Source: a virus
DNA: 64,000 bases
Reading direction: 5' to 3' (one strand)
IMG/VR virus record: IMGVR_UViG_3300010883_000009
Location: 1-64,000 of that record
Both the position numbers and the translations under genes were made by a program. Positions 8,865 through 17,736 of the stretch are shown piece after piece. The stretch's first letter is position 1, and each line of letters opens with the position of its first letter. Under the pieces are notes generated by a model. It ran no database searches. It saw only the letters and a program-made list of their open reading frames with translations, and was not told the DNA's origin.

Positions 8865-10184
8865 TTAAGCAACGCGAACCCACTTCTTACTGGAAGCAAT
8901 CCTTCTAACATCAGATGCCGCCAATCTTTCTACTTTACTTTCTGAAGGAGCGCCTTGAGCTCCGGTGTCATATTTAACAACAACTGTTCCATTATCATTA
9001 TGCTGAACTACCGTTCCATCGCCCTTCGGAGTTTTAACTCTTTCTCCGGGAATAAATTTGCCCGTCGCAGGAGTTGGCGCTGTAATCTGGTTTGGCTGCT
9101 CGCGTGTTGCCGGTTCAGGTCGTGATCCCGGGGCAACATCAGGCGCTTGCGTCTGTAAGTTAGTAATGTCTGCATCAGGACTTCCCGGCAAGGCTTGTCC
9201 CATTTGTTCCCAAATATTACCACCCGGCTGCGTTGGCGCTCCGACTTGATTTTGCAACTCTTGGATACGCTCAGGAGAGGCTTCTGCTACATCGCCAACT
9301 TCTTGAGCGCTATCTTGCCCGACAGGTACACTACTTTGTTGACCATCTGGACCTACGGGAACTTTTGTTCTCTTGTAGTTGACTTCTATCTCGTTCAATT
9401 TGTTTAGAATCCCCTGAGAGTTGGTAGTAAACGGTTGTACAATGTTCAAAATATTAGTCAAATCCTGCTTATATGCTGGATCTTGAACCCATTCCTGAGA
9501 CTGATTAAGACTTTGCTGTAAAGCTGTAACATTTTTGATAATGCTTTCCATAATGCTTTTAGATCGAGCTAATCCCGCGCCTACTTTTGAGGGATCGACC
9601 CATCCATGCCCTACGTTCTTGACTTCTTGTCCAAAAGCACCCGCTCCGCCCTTCATGCCAGCCCACCAATCGCTTAAAGCAGCTTCTTGGTGGAGATTAG
9701 AAGATTCGAAAGATGTTTCAAAAGATTTTACGTCCGCTTCTGTTACTGAACCATCTTTAACTTTTTGAGCGAGACGAATTGCCTGCTCTGCGATTTGTGG
9801 CTCAGACTTATCATCTGCATACATCGATACCTTGATTAGATTTTTTGTTAATTCATTTTGTTTCATAGCTGTCCTCCATTTCAAAACTTTATACCTTGGT
9901 GGTATGTCTGTTTTTGCTTCATATCTTACTTTGAAATTTTCATCTCTTGCACCACCCATTTCTATGAGTTTCATGATTTCTCCTACATTCTCTTGGATAT
10001 GTCTCAAATCATCAGGAGATTCAATCATAGAATCAAGAGTTTCGGGTGAAGGCAAATCTTGAATCATGAAACTAACTTTTTCACGAATATCATTGTCACC
10101 CATAAAAGAAAATCCGGACATCCTTAAGCCGTGAATAATGGCTCTAAGGTCTTGAATGCCCAAACTTTGATCTGTATCTGGCAT
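8865..10184 (-). CDS. Hypothetical, putative internal head protein with C-terminal KOW/SH3-like segment
   Basis: 439 aa; HQEAA, RLAA, RRIAS, WVRVA motifs; FIPGERVKT...GTVV...VVVKYD. Confidence 0.5.
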   Translation of the reverse strand: MPDTDQSLGIQDLRAIIHGLRMSGFSFMGDNDIREKVSFMIQDLPSPETLDSMIESPDDLRHIQENVGEIMKLIEMGGARDENFKVRYEAKTDIPPRYKVLKWRTAMKQNELTKNLIKVSMYADDKSEPQIAEQAIRLAQKVKDGSVTEADVKSFETSFESSNLHQEAALSDWWAGMKGGAGAFGQEVKNVGHGWVDPSKVGAGLARSKSIMESIIKNVTALQQSLNQSQEWVQDPAYKQDLTNILNIVQPFTTNSQGILNKLNEIEVNYKRTKVPVGPDGQQSSVPVGQDSAQEVGDVAEASPERIQELQNQVGAPTQPGGNIWEQMGQALPGSPDADITNLQTQAPDVAPGSRPEPATREQPNQITAPTPATGKFIPGERVKTPKGDGTVVQHNDNGTVVVKYDTGAQGAPSESKVERLAASDVRRIASSKKWVRVA

Positions 10185-10186
10185 AA

Positions 10187-10498
10187 TTACGGCAATTGAT
10201 GAATTGTATTACTATCCATCAATATAGGTTCTTCAGATTCTTCAACTTGCGGTTGGCGAATCGTTTGTACTCCGCCCTTAGCCATATCAAGAAGACTCTC
10301 GTACATCTCGCTAAGTCTCGCTTGAAAATCCTCTAACTTCTGCTTATTCTCGCCAAGGTCTTGAACTTCAACTGCTGATCCAACCTTGTCCTGAAAAGCG
10401 ATCAAGTCTTGCAACAAACTAAGAATAGCGTTAACTCCGCCACCCTTCTTAGCTGTAGCTGCAAAAACTAAAATATTGTCTTGACTCCATTCAGTCAT
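10187..10498 (-). CDS. Hypothetical protein (103 aa)
   Basis: AAGGAG RBS. Confidence 0.55.
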   Translation of the reverse strand: MTEWSQDNILVFAATAKKGGGVNAILSLLQDLIAFQDKVGSAVEVQDLGENKQKLEDFQARLSEMYESLLDMAKGGVQTIRQPQVEESEEPILMDSNTIHQLP

Positions 10499-10508
10499 AA
10501 TAGTCTCC

Positions 10509-10835
10509 TTATTGATTCCACCAAGCGTTTTGAATCGTTTCCTCTTCCCTTTGGCGTTCCATTTTTTCTATTTGCTGTCTTTGTTGGAGCGACACATTGT
10601 CCAACTCAACCTCAATTTGATATCCCATACTCAAATAATCTTCTAGTTGTGGATACTTCTGCAAGAAAAACAAACGCGCTTGAGCAGGAGAGTACGCATC
10701 TAGACGTACTTCTTCCAATCCTGAAACCGGAACGCCCATGTCGTTCTCTATTTTAACCACCTTATAAGGCGATTTCGGATTTTCATCTTTCTTGTACTTG
10801 CCGTACCAACTACTATATATATTAGGGATTTTCAT
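10509..10835 (-). CDS. Hypothetical protein
   Basis: GAGG RBS; SWYGKY near N-terminus. Confidence 0.5.
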   Translation of the reverse strand: MKIPNIYSSWYGKYKKDENPKSPYKVVKIENDMGVPVSGLEEVRLDAYSPAQARLFFLQKYPQLEDYLSMGYQIEVELDNVSLQQRQQIEKMERQREEETIQNAWWNQ

Positions 10836-10846
10836 CAAAAAGTCCT

Positions 10847-11944
10847 CTAAATTTGTACCCCGACTGATTTTAAGTCTTCTTTTGCCTTCTCTACATAGGC
10901 TCCCTGATCAATTGCGTCTAAGGTGCTTTTTAAGCCGTCTTCACCAACATCTTGTTCAAGATACTCAACCATATCTCCTGTTTGATGAGCCACATTGAAC
11001 CCCATACTTATCATCGCAGTTAAATTCCCGAGATCTTTTGATGACGCCGCTTTTAAACGAGTATGTATATCTTCCACCGTCTCTCTCGTTTCATCAATTC
11101 CTTGCGCAGACCAATGATCATACCAAGATGGGAAAACCAAATGTTGATAGAATTCTGTTAAAATTCCATCTAAGCTACCCCAATTCTGCAATGACTGAAC
11201 AAACGATTCAACATCTCCGCCAAACAGAACATCAGGTTCAAGATCTACATTCTCAACCGTATAGTAATCTTCAATCCATGCTTCTGCCTCTTCTATCGTT
11301 TCGAATTCTTGATCGTGACTCAAGTTGAAATCTTCCAAATTATATTGAGCCGAATCAATTTCTGAATTCTTATAGTCAGGTAAAAACGCATTCTCGACAT
11401 ACCTTATTAAAGATGGGTAACTCTCTTTGTCATTGAGAGCAGTACTCAATATTTCGTACATGTGAGTAGAATAATCGGGAGAGCTACCAAATCCGCTGTT
11501 GAGCCGCTGCCTGTCGTTATGAACATATTTGTCATACTCCCACAACAAATTGTTAACCATCGATTCAGAATCGCCTTCGCCGTTGACTTCCTGATAGTCC
11601 CGCTCTCCTTGCACTCGCTTAGATGCCCAAGTGTTAGGAGTTAGAATGGCATGGCTATCCAACCATTTCTCCAAAGTTTCCAACAGTTTCTTCTGAAGTT
11701 CTTCAGCAATTTCAATCAAACTTTGTTCTAACTGGCGTTGAATATTCTCTTGTCGTTTAGGATGACCTTGAAAAGGAAGTTCGCGCATCATGGAGAACTT
11801 GAATTCCATTTCATGAAACTCTTTGATTTTGCTAGCGAAGTTTCGTTCATCGTCCCATTCGTTCACATCTTCTTCATCAGGACGATACTCCCATATCTGG
11901 GCAACCTTTCGAAGATCTATGGCTATACGATACCAACTTCTCAT
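10847..11944 (-). CDS. Leader-bearing acidic protein (MRSWYRIA)
   Basis: 365 aa, ATGA overlap with upstream gene. Confidence 0.6.
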   Translation of the reverse strand: MRSWYRIAIDLRKVAQIWEYRPDEEDVNEWDDERNFASKIKEFHEMEFKFSMMRELPFQGHPKRQENIQRQLEQSLIEIAEELQKKLLETLEKWLDSHAILTPNTWASKRVQGERDYQEVNGEGDSESMVNNLLWEYDKYVHNDRQRLNSGFGSSPDYSTHMYEILSTALNDKESYPSLIRYVENAFLPDYKNSEIDSAQYNLEDFNLSHDQEFETIEEAEAWIEDYYTVENVDLEPDVLFGGDVESFVQSLQNWGSLDGILTEFYQHLVFPSWYDHWSAQGIDETRETVEDIHTRLKAASSKDLGNLTAMISMGFNVAHQTGDMVEYLEQDVGEDGLKSTLDAIDQGAYVEKAKEDLKSVGVQI

Positions 11945-12465
11945 GCTATGTGCGCCTCGGGTAACTCGCTTTCTAAAACTTTATCAACTGTCAACGGACC
12001 TTCAGCATCGTATTTGTCAACCATATTCTGAATCTCTTCCAACGGAACATCATGTCGATTACGTTCAGCTAACTGTTCTGCGGTCTGACCGCCAGTCCCA
12101 ACTTCTACAAACTCTACTTCATAGCCTTGATTAACAGCCTTTTGGACAGCCGCTTTTGCTTCCCAAGCTTGAAGATTCATATTATCCAAAACCAGAGGGG
12201 TTCTGCCTTCTTCCATAGCTTGACCAATCAACGCGATCAACTGTTGGTGCTTTTCAGAAAGCGGGGACCAATCCTGAGCCTCTTCCATCGCTTCAAAGAA
12301 AGCGTTATAGCCATCAAGGTTGTCGGAAATAAGATCATCTGTCGCAAAGATGTTTTCTGGCACAACTCCTGACAACGACTTGGCGGCAGTACTCTTGCCA
12401 GAGCCACTTATGCCTCGCATAACGTAGAGCTTTTTACCTTTTGATTTGTCGTACCAACTGTCCAT
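11941..12465 (-). CDS. P-loop kinase (AAA_33/polynucleotide kinase-like)
   Basis: Walker A GISGSGKS, LVLDNMN, RNRHDVP lid; TAATG coupling gives start MDSWYDKS at 12465. Confidence 0.75.
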   Translation of the reverse strand: MDSWYDKSKGKKLYVMRGISGSGKSTAAKSLSGVVPENIFATDDLISDNLDGYNAFFEAMEEAQDWSPLSEKHQQLIALIGQAMEEGRTPLVLDNMNLQAWEAKAAVQKAVNQGYEVEFVEVGTGGQTAEQLAERNRHDVPLEEIQNMVDKYDAEGPLTVDKVLESELPEAHIA

Positions 12466-12971
12466 TATACTGTCCATTTATACATGATTTTTGGTTCCGC
12501 CCAATTCTCTGTAGTAACCGTATATCTATCACCTAAAGCGCTTATATCACCTATAATAACTTCAGGAACAGGATCTTCCAACTCGTCATTAAACTGATCT
12601 GCCGTAATGTCAATGATCATGTTGTTCAACTGAACCCAATAATGAAGCGGAGTATATGTTGCAGCTTCCATGGCTTGTTCCGCATATTGCATCTCTTCTT
12701 CTTCAGTCTCCATTGGTTCGGCAGGCAAAAAATCCTTTGCATCCATTTCGCTCCAAGCATCTATATCAGGAGTATCAACTGTAAACGTTCCCTGTGTAAC
12801 AGATGCAGCGTTATATCCGTTGTTAATGAGGATTTGAGCCAGATGCCTTGAAACAGGAAGACAAAGAGCTTTTAAACTATCATCGTCATCACGCAAGAGA
12901 GAATTTCTAACCTGAGTCGCTATCTGTTCTACTGACGGAGGCTCTTGCGCTATCTTATACCAACTTTTCAT
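12465..12971 (-). CDS. Leader-bearing papain/transglutaminase-like protein
   Basis: Start MKSWYKIAQ with GGAGG RBS; Cys (ALCLPVS), His (HYWV), Asp (IIDITADQF) triad. Confidence 0.6.
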   Translation of the reverse strand: MKSWYKIAQEPPSVEQIATQVRNSLLRDDDDSLKALCLPVSRHLAQILINNGYNAASVTQGTFTVDTPDIDAWSEMDAKDFLPAEPMETEEEEMQYAEQAMEAATYTPLHYWVQLNNMIIDITADQFNDELEDPVPEVIIGDISALGDRYTVTTENWAEPKIMYKWTV

Positions 12972-13104
12972 AGTCCTCCAAAGACATTTCTTCGCGTACT
13001 GCTTTATCGCACTCGTCGCAAATACCATGGGAATTGCCGGGGACATCGTATCCGGCATCTAGTCCTTTAAGATGTTTCTTGCACCAAGCACAATAAATCG
13101 GCAT
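12955..13104 (-). CDS. Small Zn-binding protein
   Basis: CAWC...SHGICDEC. Confidence 0.6.
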   Translation of the reverse strand: MPIYCAWCKKHLKGLDAGYDVPGNSHGICDECDKAVREEMSLEDYEKLV

Positions 13105-13162
13105 TAAACTTGCTTTAATGTGTCTGAAAATTAGCATAATTAACCCTGTCATATATCAGTAT

Positions 13163-13191
13163 TATTTCTCCAACAGAATAGCGAAACCCTT
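13163..13191 (-). promoter_or_regulatory. Putative late promoter (AAGG-N19-GAAATA)
   Basis: Recurrent motif just after a terminator. Confidence 0.55.
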
Positions 13192-13201
13192 GCCATAAAT
13201 A

Positions 13202-13226
13202 GAAAAGCCCGTCTTTCAACGGGCTA
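13202..13226 (-). terminator. Intrinsic terminator closing the leader-peptide array
   Basis: AGCCCGTT-GAAA-GACGGGCT-TTTC on the minus strand. Confidence 0.7.
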
Positions 13227-13251
13227 CGCAATGTAACTAAATCGGTTCAAA

Positions 13252-13440
13252 TTACTTGGATGTAACTAAATCGGTTAAATCCCCATCAACTTTAACATTG
13301 GATGGAACAAGTATGGTTTCGTATGACATATAGTTATCTTCCTTAGATGCCAACGAAATTATCCACCCTCCGCCTTTGCATTTGGTTACTTTAAGTGTAT
13401 TTGTTGGAGTTTTATCTTTAGCTATACGTATTATTTTCAT
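13252..13440 (-). CDS. Leader-bearing small protein (MKIIRIA)
   Basis: 62 aa with leader motif. Confidence 0.55.
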   Translation of the reverse strand: MKIIRIAKDKTPTNTLKVTKCKGGGWIISLASKEDNYMSYETILVPSNVKVDGDLTDLVTSK

Positions 13441-13507
13441 ATTTCAACTCAACTACTTGAACTACTAGAGTTATCGTCATAAGGCTCGACAAGTCCTGCT
13501 ATTGCAG

Positions 13508-13645
13508 TCAAACTGATGTCGCTACCATACCGGACTCATTTCGTTCAGGATCAAAGAATTGAAAGCCTTCTTCAATCTTAAATCCATTCTTCAACCGATC
13601 TTGAAGTATAGAGGCATTATCATTTGCTATTTTGAAAATTTTCAT
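13508..13645 (-). CDS. Leader-bearing micro-ORF (MKIFKIA, 45 aa), possibly truncated
   Basis: Manual translation; TGATG overlap with upstream gene. Confidence 0.5.
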   Translation of the reverse strand: MKIFKIANDNASILQDRLKNGFKIEEGFQFFDPERNESGMVATSV

Positions 13646-13941
13646 CAATCTCTCTTCAAAAAAATGAACTCAAAACCCTTTGTCATAAGGAAATAACACT
13701 CTTTATTGCCCCACATTGACTTTGCGAAATAAGAATCCGGATCGTCTGCAATAAATTCTTCCAATGATTCATCTTCAAGCAAAACAGCATGATCACACAT
13801 CATCTGGAATTCTTCCATAGGAACCTTTTGATGTTGAGCAATCATATTCTGCCAATTATCTTCTCCCACTTTATCACAACGCATTCTGTCGCATTGACCG
13901 AAGTATTGGAAAGGTTGAAATGCTAGTCGATAAATTCTCAT
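13645..13941 (-). CDS. Leader-bearing hypothetical protein (MRIYRLA)
   Basis: ATGA overlap fixes the start at 13941. Confidence 0.6.
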   Translation of the reverse strand: MRIYRLAFQPFQYFGQCDRMRCDKVGEDNWQNMIAQHQKVPMEEFQMMCDHAVLLEDESLEEFIADDPDSYFAKSMWGNKECYFLMTKGFEFIFLKRD

Positions 13942-14327
13942 TGCTGAGGTCTCCAATACATAGTCGCAGAAAGTGGGTCTGAAATGGTAAAGTCCGTATT
14001 CCTGCCCCTGTTTGGAACAAAGCCATGCCCTTTGTAAAAGTCGTTTAGTTTCTTTTTGTAGCCTACTTCAGGCTCTGGACTTAAAGAGATGGGCTTTCCT
14101 CTTCTTTGAGCGAACTCTTGTATCGCCCTTATGATTTCACTACCGATACCTTTTCGCCTCATGTCTACAGGCAGACGCAATTCTGATAACTGAATCTTAC
14201 TTTCAGTTTCGTATGCCCAAAGATCTAATTCAGGATATTGATTCATAAAAGAATCAATAATAGACTGCAACTCGGCGTTAGCTTCGTCAAGTTCGTCAGA
14301 TTGCTGCGCTATTCTATAGATCTTCAT
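13938..14327 (-). CDS. Leader-bearing GNAT acetyltransferase
   Basis: Motif A MRRKGIGS and FYKGHGF; start MKIYRIAQ. Confidence 0.7.
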   Translation of the reverse strand: MKIYRIAQQSDELDEANAELQSIIDSFMNQYPELDLWAYETESKIQLSELRLPVDMRRKGIGSEIIRAIQEFAQRRGKPISLSPEPEVGYKKKLNDFYKGHGFVPNRGRNTDFTISDPLSATMYWRPQQ

Positions 14328-14658
14328 TATTTTGGACCTCAATCAATATGCCCTTATCAATGACGTATATAGAATTAGGTTGCCCACTACCCTCATCTAC
14401 CCAAAAAGAACTAAATCCATTCTCTTGAGCTTCGAAAATACCTTTATCAAAACTAGCTTCATCATAAGCTTTTGGCAATTCAAACGCAGTATATATAGCT
14501 TCAGATGGAATTAAAAACGACTGTATTTCAAAATCTCTACCCGATTGAGTGAATTGTCTTGCCCATTCTCTATCGGTAGTAAAATAATTACCACCTTTAT
14601 TGTAAGAACCCTCGCCTCGATATACCGTTATGTTTTGCGCTATCCTAAAAATCTTCAT
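14314..14658 (-). CDS. Leader-bearing ADP-ribosyltransferase-fold protein
   Basis: VYRGE...YFTTDREWARQF; start MKIFRIAQ. Confidence 0.5.
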   Translation of the reverse strand: MKIFRIAQNITVYRGEGSYNKGGNYFTTDREWARQFTQSGRDFEIQSFLIPSEAIYTAFELPKAYDEASFDKGIFEAQENGFSSFWVDEGSGQPNSIYVIDKGILIEVQNNEDL

Positions 14659-15023
14659 TGATAGCTTCCATCCTCTTGTCTCTTCATGACCTTTCTTATC
14701 GCTATCCTTGAAGAATCGAATATAACCCAATTGTGATCTAGATTTATACTGTCAAATCCATTATCTTCAATCTGTTGTAAGAATAACTTTTCATACTCTT
14801 CCCATCCCGCTATATTCTTCACACGCAAATCGACGCTAAGGATATATTTACTGGAATTTGCGCCCGAAGTTCCGCCAATGATTTCATTAATGTCATCTGA
14901 AAACCAAAACACGCCTTGCGCAGAAAAATTCCTATCAAATGTTTCAAAGGGTTTATTCGTCCCATGATAAGCTTGAATGGTCTGTTCTGCCGATTCTTCT
15001 TGAGCTATCCTATAGATCTTCAT
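14655..15023 (-). CDS. Leader-bearing ADP-ribosyltransferase-fold protein (polyvalent-protein type)
   Basis: AYHGTNKPFETFD...GVFWFSDD...GFDSI...WVIFD; start MKIYRIAQ. Confidence 0.6.
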   Translation of the reverse strand: MKIYRIAQEESAEQTIQAYHGTNKPFETFDRNFSAQGVFWFSDDINEIIGGTSGANSSKYILSVDLRVKNIAGWEEYEKLFLQQIEDNGFDSINLDHNWVIFDSSRIAIRKVMKRQEDGSYQ

Positions 15024-15513
15024 AATCCTCAATATATTCTGAAATATCGTCAAAATTACTCGATAATTCACTAATGGAAACATCTCCTTGATTAAAATGT
15101 ATATCGGGACGTTTGTTCCAAGAAAATCCTCCACCAGTCTCATATAAAGAGTGATGAATGTCAACTTCATAAATCCCTTCTCGAACTTGAACAATGCAAT
15201 ACACATGTTGTTCAAAAGAAGACGATTGAGTAAAACATGCTATTCCGTTATCATTCAAAATAGATGCGATTTGATCTGCTATGAAATGACAAATGCCGCC
15301 GCCTGCATAAGTATCTATTTTTGCTTCATCCCATTCATCATATTCTTTTTGTGCTGCTTTAACAATATGTGGGATTAAAACGCCTACATCGTTAATACTC
15401 TTTAACTCATTAAATTTAGAACGATATTTTTGTATTCTTTCATTTTGGCTTTCGTCCTCCGCATCATACCACCATGGATCTTCAACCTCTTGCGCTAGTC
15501 GATAAATTCTCAT
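15010..15513 (-). CDS. Leader-bearing papain-like fold protein
   Basis: GGICHFIA / QHVYC / YEVDI Cys-His-Asp order; start MRIYRLAQ. Confidence 0.5.
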   Translation of the reverse strand: MRIYRLAQEVEDPWWYDAEDESQNERIQKYRSKFNELKSINDVGVLIPHIVKAAQKEYDEWDEAKIDTYAGGGICHFIADQIASILNDNGIACFTQSSSFEQHVYCIVQVREGIYEVDIHHSLYETGGGFSWNKRPDIHFNQGDVSISELSSNFDDISEYIEDYEDL

Positions 15514-15917
15514 GCAGGCGGTTCCCATTTTTTACTTCTATGGAATTCTGAAATATATTGAGGGGGAATTACTCCATGATATTCTAAAGTTTTCCCATTA
15601 GAATTATTTGAATCTTGTTTTAAAAGCTCTGGATCTATTCCTTCAGTATCAATTTGTAAAATAACTATTTCATCTAACCATTTCTCTTCAACAACATCTG
15701 ACGATTCAGCATATGATTCAGCCACCCATGGATCAAAAGCCAGATATACATTTTCTTGACTCATATCCCAGTTTTTAGTTTTATTGCCTTTAAGTCCATT
15801 TGTCATTATAGACTCTAAATGAAGCAAATATGTGGCATGATATAAATACTTCTCCGAAATATATTCTGGTTCAGGAATTTCTACCAACGAACTTTGTGAT
15901 ATCTTATAAATCTTCAT
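15510..15917 (-). CDS. Leader-bearing ART-fold protein (Tpt1/KptA-like)
   Basis: LYHAT...SIMTNGL...VYLA...ILQID...IPPQYI. Confidence 0.6.
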   Translation of the reverse strand: MKIYKISQSSLVEIPEPEYISEKYLYHATYLLHLESIMTNGLKGNKTKNWDMSQENVYLAFDPWVAESYAESSDVVEEKWLDEIVILQIDTEGIDPELLKQDSNNSNGKTLEYHGVIPPQYISEFHRSKKWEPPA

Positions 15918-16501
15918 ATCTGATATTCCTTAAATACCTTTTGAAAAGACTTATTGAATATCAATATCTCTTGCGTAGGGGTCTCTCCAATGAAAATATC
16001 ATTGGGGTTATTTGTACCTACAAATACAACAACATCAAACTTAGAAAACTTTTGTGTTGCGATTTTAGAAACCCATTCAGAATATTCTAATCCCAAATCA
16101 GGATAATACAATCCTACCGCCGCGAGCGCCTCAATAATTGATTCATAAGGGCTATAAGATGCTTTTTTTATCTGTTCATTGAAAACCATTTTGAATTCCA
16201 TGTCCGTTGCCCAATAATCTATCTTAACCTTCTTCAAAGCCCTTTTTAGAATATCACCTATTGCCGACTCAGCTTTAGAAGGATTAATCTTCTTGATTAC
16301 CGCATCATCTGGAACTTGAACTTCATAAACGTTTTCGCCAAACATATTCGCAAATTCGGGCTTATTGGTAACATACATCGCTTCTCCCAAAGGATTGTAG
16401 TGCTGTTCTTCCTTTGCCGCCTGAGAAGGATCATATTCGTCAAATTCAGGGCTGTCTGTACCATGATAATACGTTGGAGTAGCTTTCCTATAAATTTTCA
16501 T
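15914..16501 (-). CDS. Leader-bearing ADP-ribosyltransferase-fold protein
   Basis: YYHGT...FDEYD...LGEAMYVTNKPEFA...VYEV...QEILIF. Confidence 0.6.
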   Translation of the reverse strand: MKIYRKATPTYYHGTDSPEFDEYDPSQAAKEEQHYNPLGEAMYVTNKPEFANMFGENVYEVQVPDDAVIKKINPSKAESAIGDILKRALKKVKIDYWATDMEFKMVFNEQIKKASYSPYESIIEALAAVGLYYPDLGLEYSEWVSKIATQKFSKFDVVVFVGTNNPNDIFIGETPTQEILIFNKSFQKVFKEYQI

Positions 16502-16508
16502 TCTATAT

Positions 16509-16536
16509 TACTTCTTCGCAGTTTCCCGTCTTCCTT
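16509..16536 (-). promoter_or_regulatory. Putative late promoter of the leader-peptide array (AAGG-N18-GAAGTA)
   Basis: Recurrent motif, 7 nt before ATG 16501. Confidence 0.5.
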
Positions 16537-16630
16537 GGGTAACTTATTTTTAAAGGTTTCACTTACATCCTCTACGATTATTGTATAATATAAACAATGG
16601 AACTTCCATAATATAAATTCAAGGAGAATT

Positions 16631-17710
16631 ATGCATAAAACTATAACAAAGGAAACTAAAAAGAAAATAGCAAAAACAAAAAGCGAAGCAGGTAGAACGC
16701 AAATCCTAGAAGGAGCAAAATCTTTCACCCAAACGCCTTCAGAAAATAATCTGAAAGTGTCTTCCCATAGAAAACATAACTTCATATCACTCGATGAATA
16801 TAAACAACTACTATCTCAAGGTAAAACTACCCTAGAAGTATGCAAAATAACCTCTAAACACTTAATCTACTTCTATAATGCACTACTTAAAGGTAGAATA
16901 ACCCTATCCAAAGAAGACTTCGAAACAATGTATGACAATGGACTATCCCTAAATGAAATAGCCTTGAAATCCAACACCCCAAGAGAATATATCACCCAAC
17001 TAAGAAACTTCTATGCCATTAAGCGTAAAGGCGCTACCTTCCAAAAACGCCTAAATAACGAACAACCTCTCCCTCAAGAAGCGAAAAATATCATCATCGG
17101 TTCTATGCTAGGAGATGGGCATATTACAAAAAATGGTTACTTTTCAGAAAAACATTCCCCAGCCCAATTAGAATATTTACAATGGAAAGCATCTTTCTTC
17201 CCCAACCTAACAACTGACAAATCTTGGGCTTATTATGAATCAATAGATAAACGTTCAGGATCTTTAATCAAAACCCATTCGTTCAGAACTACTGTACATT
17301 CTTGGATTCAGGAAATGGAGAAATTATGGTACAAAGAAATTGATGGCAAACGAATTAAAGTTGTTCCTGAAGAAATCGAAGGATGGATGAATGAACAAGT
17401 CTTAGCCGTTTGGTTTATGGATGATGGGCTTACAGATTGGCACTATCGAAATGGGATAAAAACGTATGCAAACATTCAACCAAACTGCTACCTGTGTACG
17501 GATTCTTTTAATGGGAAAAACATGGATAAACTTTTGAAAACCCTTGAGTCTAAATTTTTACTAAAAAGCAAAATAAACTCTAGAAACAGAGTCTCATTTA
17601 ACGTCTATAACACTAAGTTATTAATGAAAACAATAATCTCTTATACTCATAAAACAATGCTTTACAAAGTAGATGAAAAAAGTTATTGTGAATTGTTGAA
17701 AAGCAGATAG
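16631..17710 (+). CDS. Free-standing LAGLIDADG homing endonuclease
   Basis: IIGSMLGDG and LAVWFMDDG motifs; opposite strand, AT-rich, own AAGGAG RBS. Confidence 0.85.
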   Translation: MHKTITKETKKKIAKTKSEAGRTQILEGAKSFTQTPSENNLKVSSHRKHNFISLDEYKQLLSQGKTTLEVCKITSKHLIYFYNALLKGRITLSKEDFETMYDNGLSLNEIALKSNTPREYITQLRNFYAIKRKGATFQKRLNNEQPLPQEAKNIIIGSMLGDGHITKNGYFSEKHSPAQLEYLQWKASFFPNLTTDKSWAYYESIDKRSGSLIKTHSFRTTVHSWIQEMEKLWYKEIDGKRIKVVPEEIEGWMNEQVLAVWFMDDGLTDWHYRNGIKTYANIQPNCYLCTDSFNGKNMDKLLKTLESKFLLKSKINSRNRVSFNVYNTKLLMKTIISYTHKTMLYKVDEKSYCELLKSR

Positions 17711-17736
17711 TTGTAAATGGTTTAGATACTCCTTTA

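Noticed and set aside
12465-15528. Longer upstream starts given by the ORF track (13058, 13956, 14342, 14730, 15215, 15528)
   Set aside because: They overlap neighbouring genes extensively; the internal ATGs coincide with stop/start overlaps and the conserved leader.
13252-16501. Integron cassette array or CRISPR-like array
   Set aside because: Genes overlap with no intergenic attC palindromes, no integrase is present, and the repeats are coding leaders with gene-sized irregular spacing.
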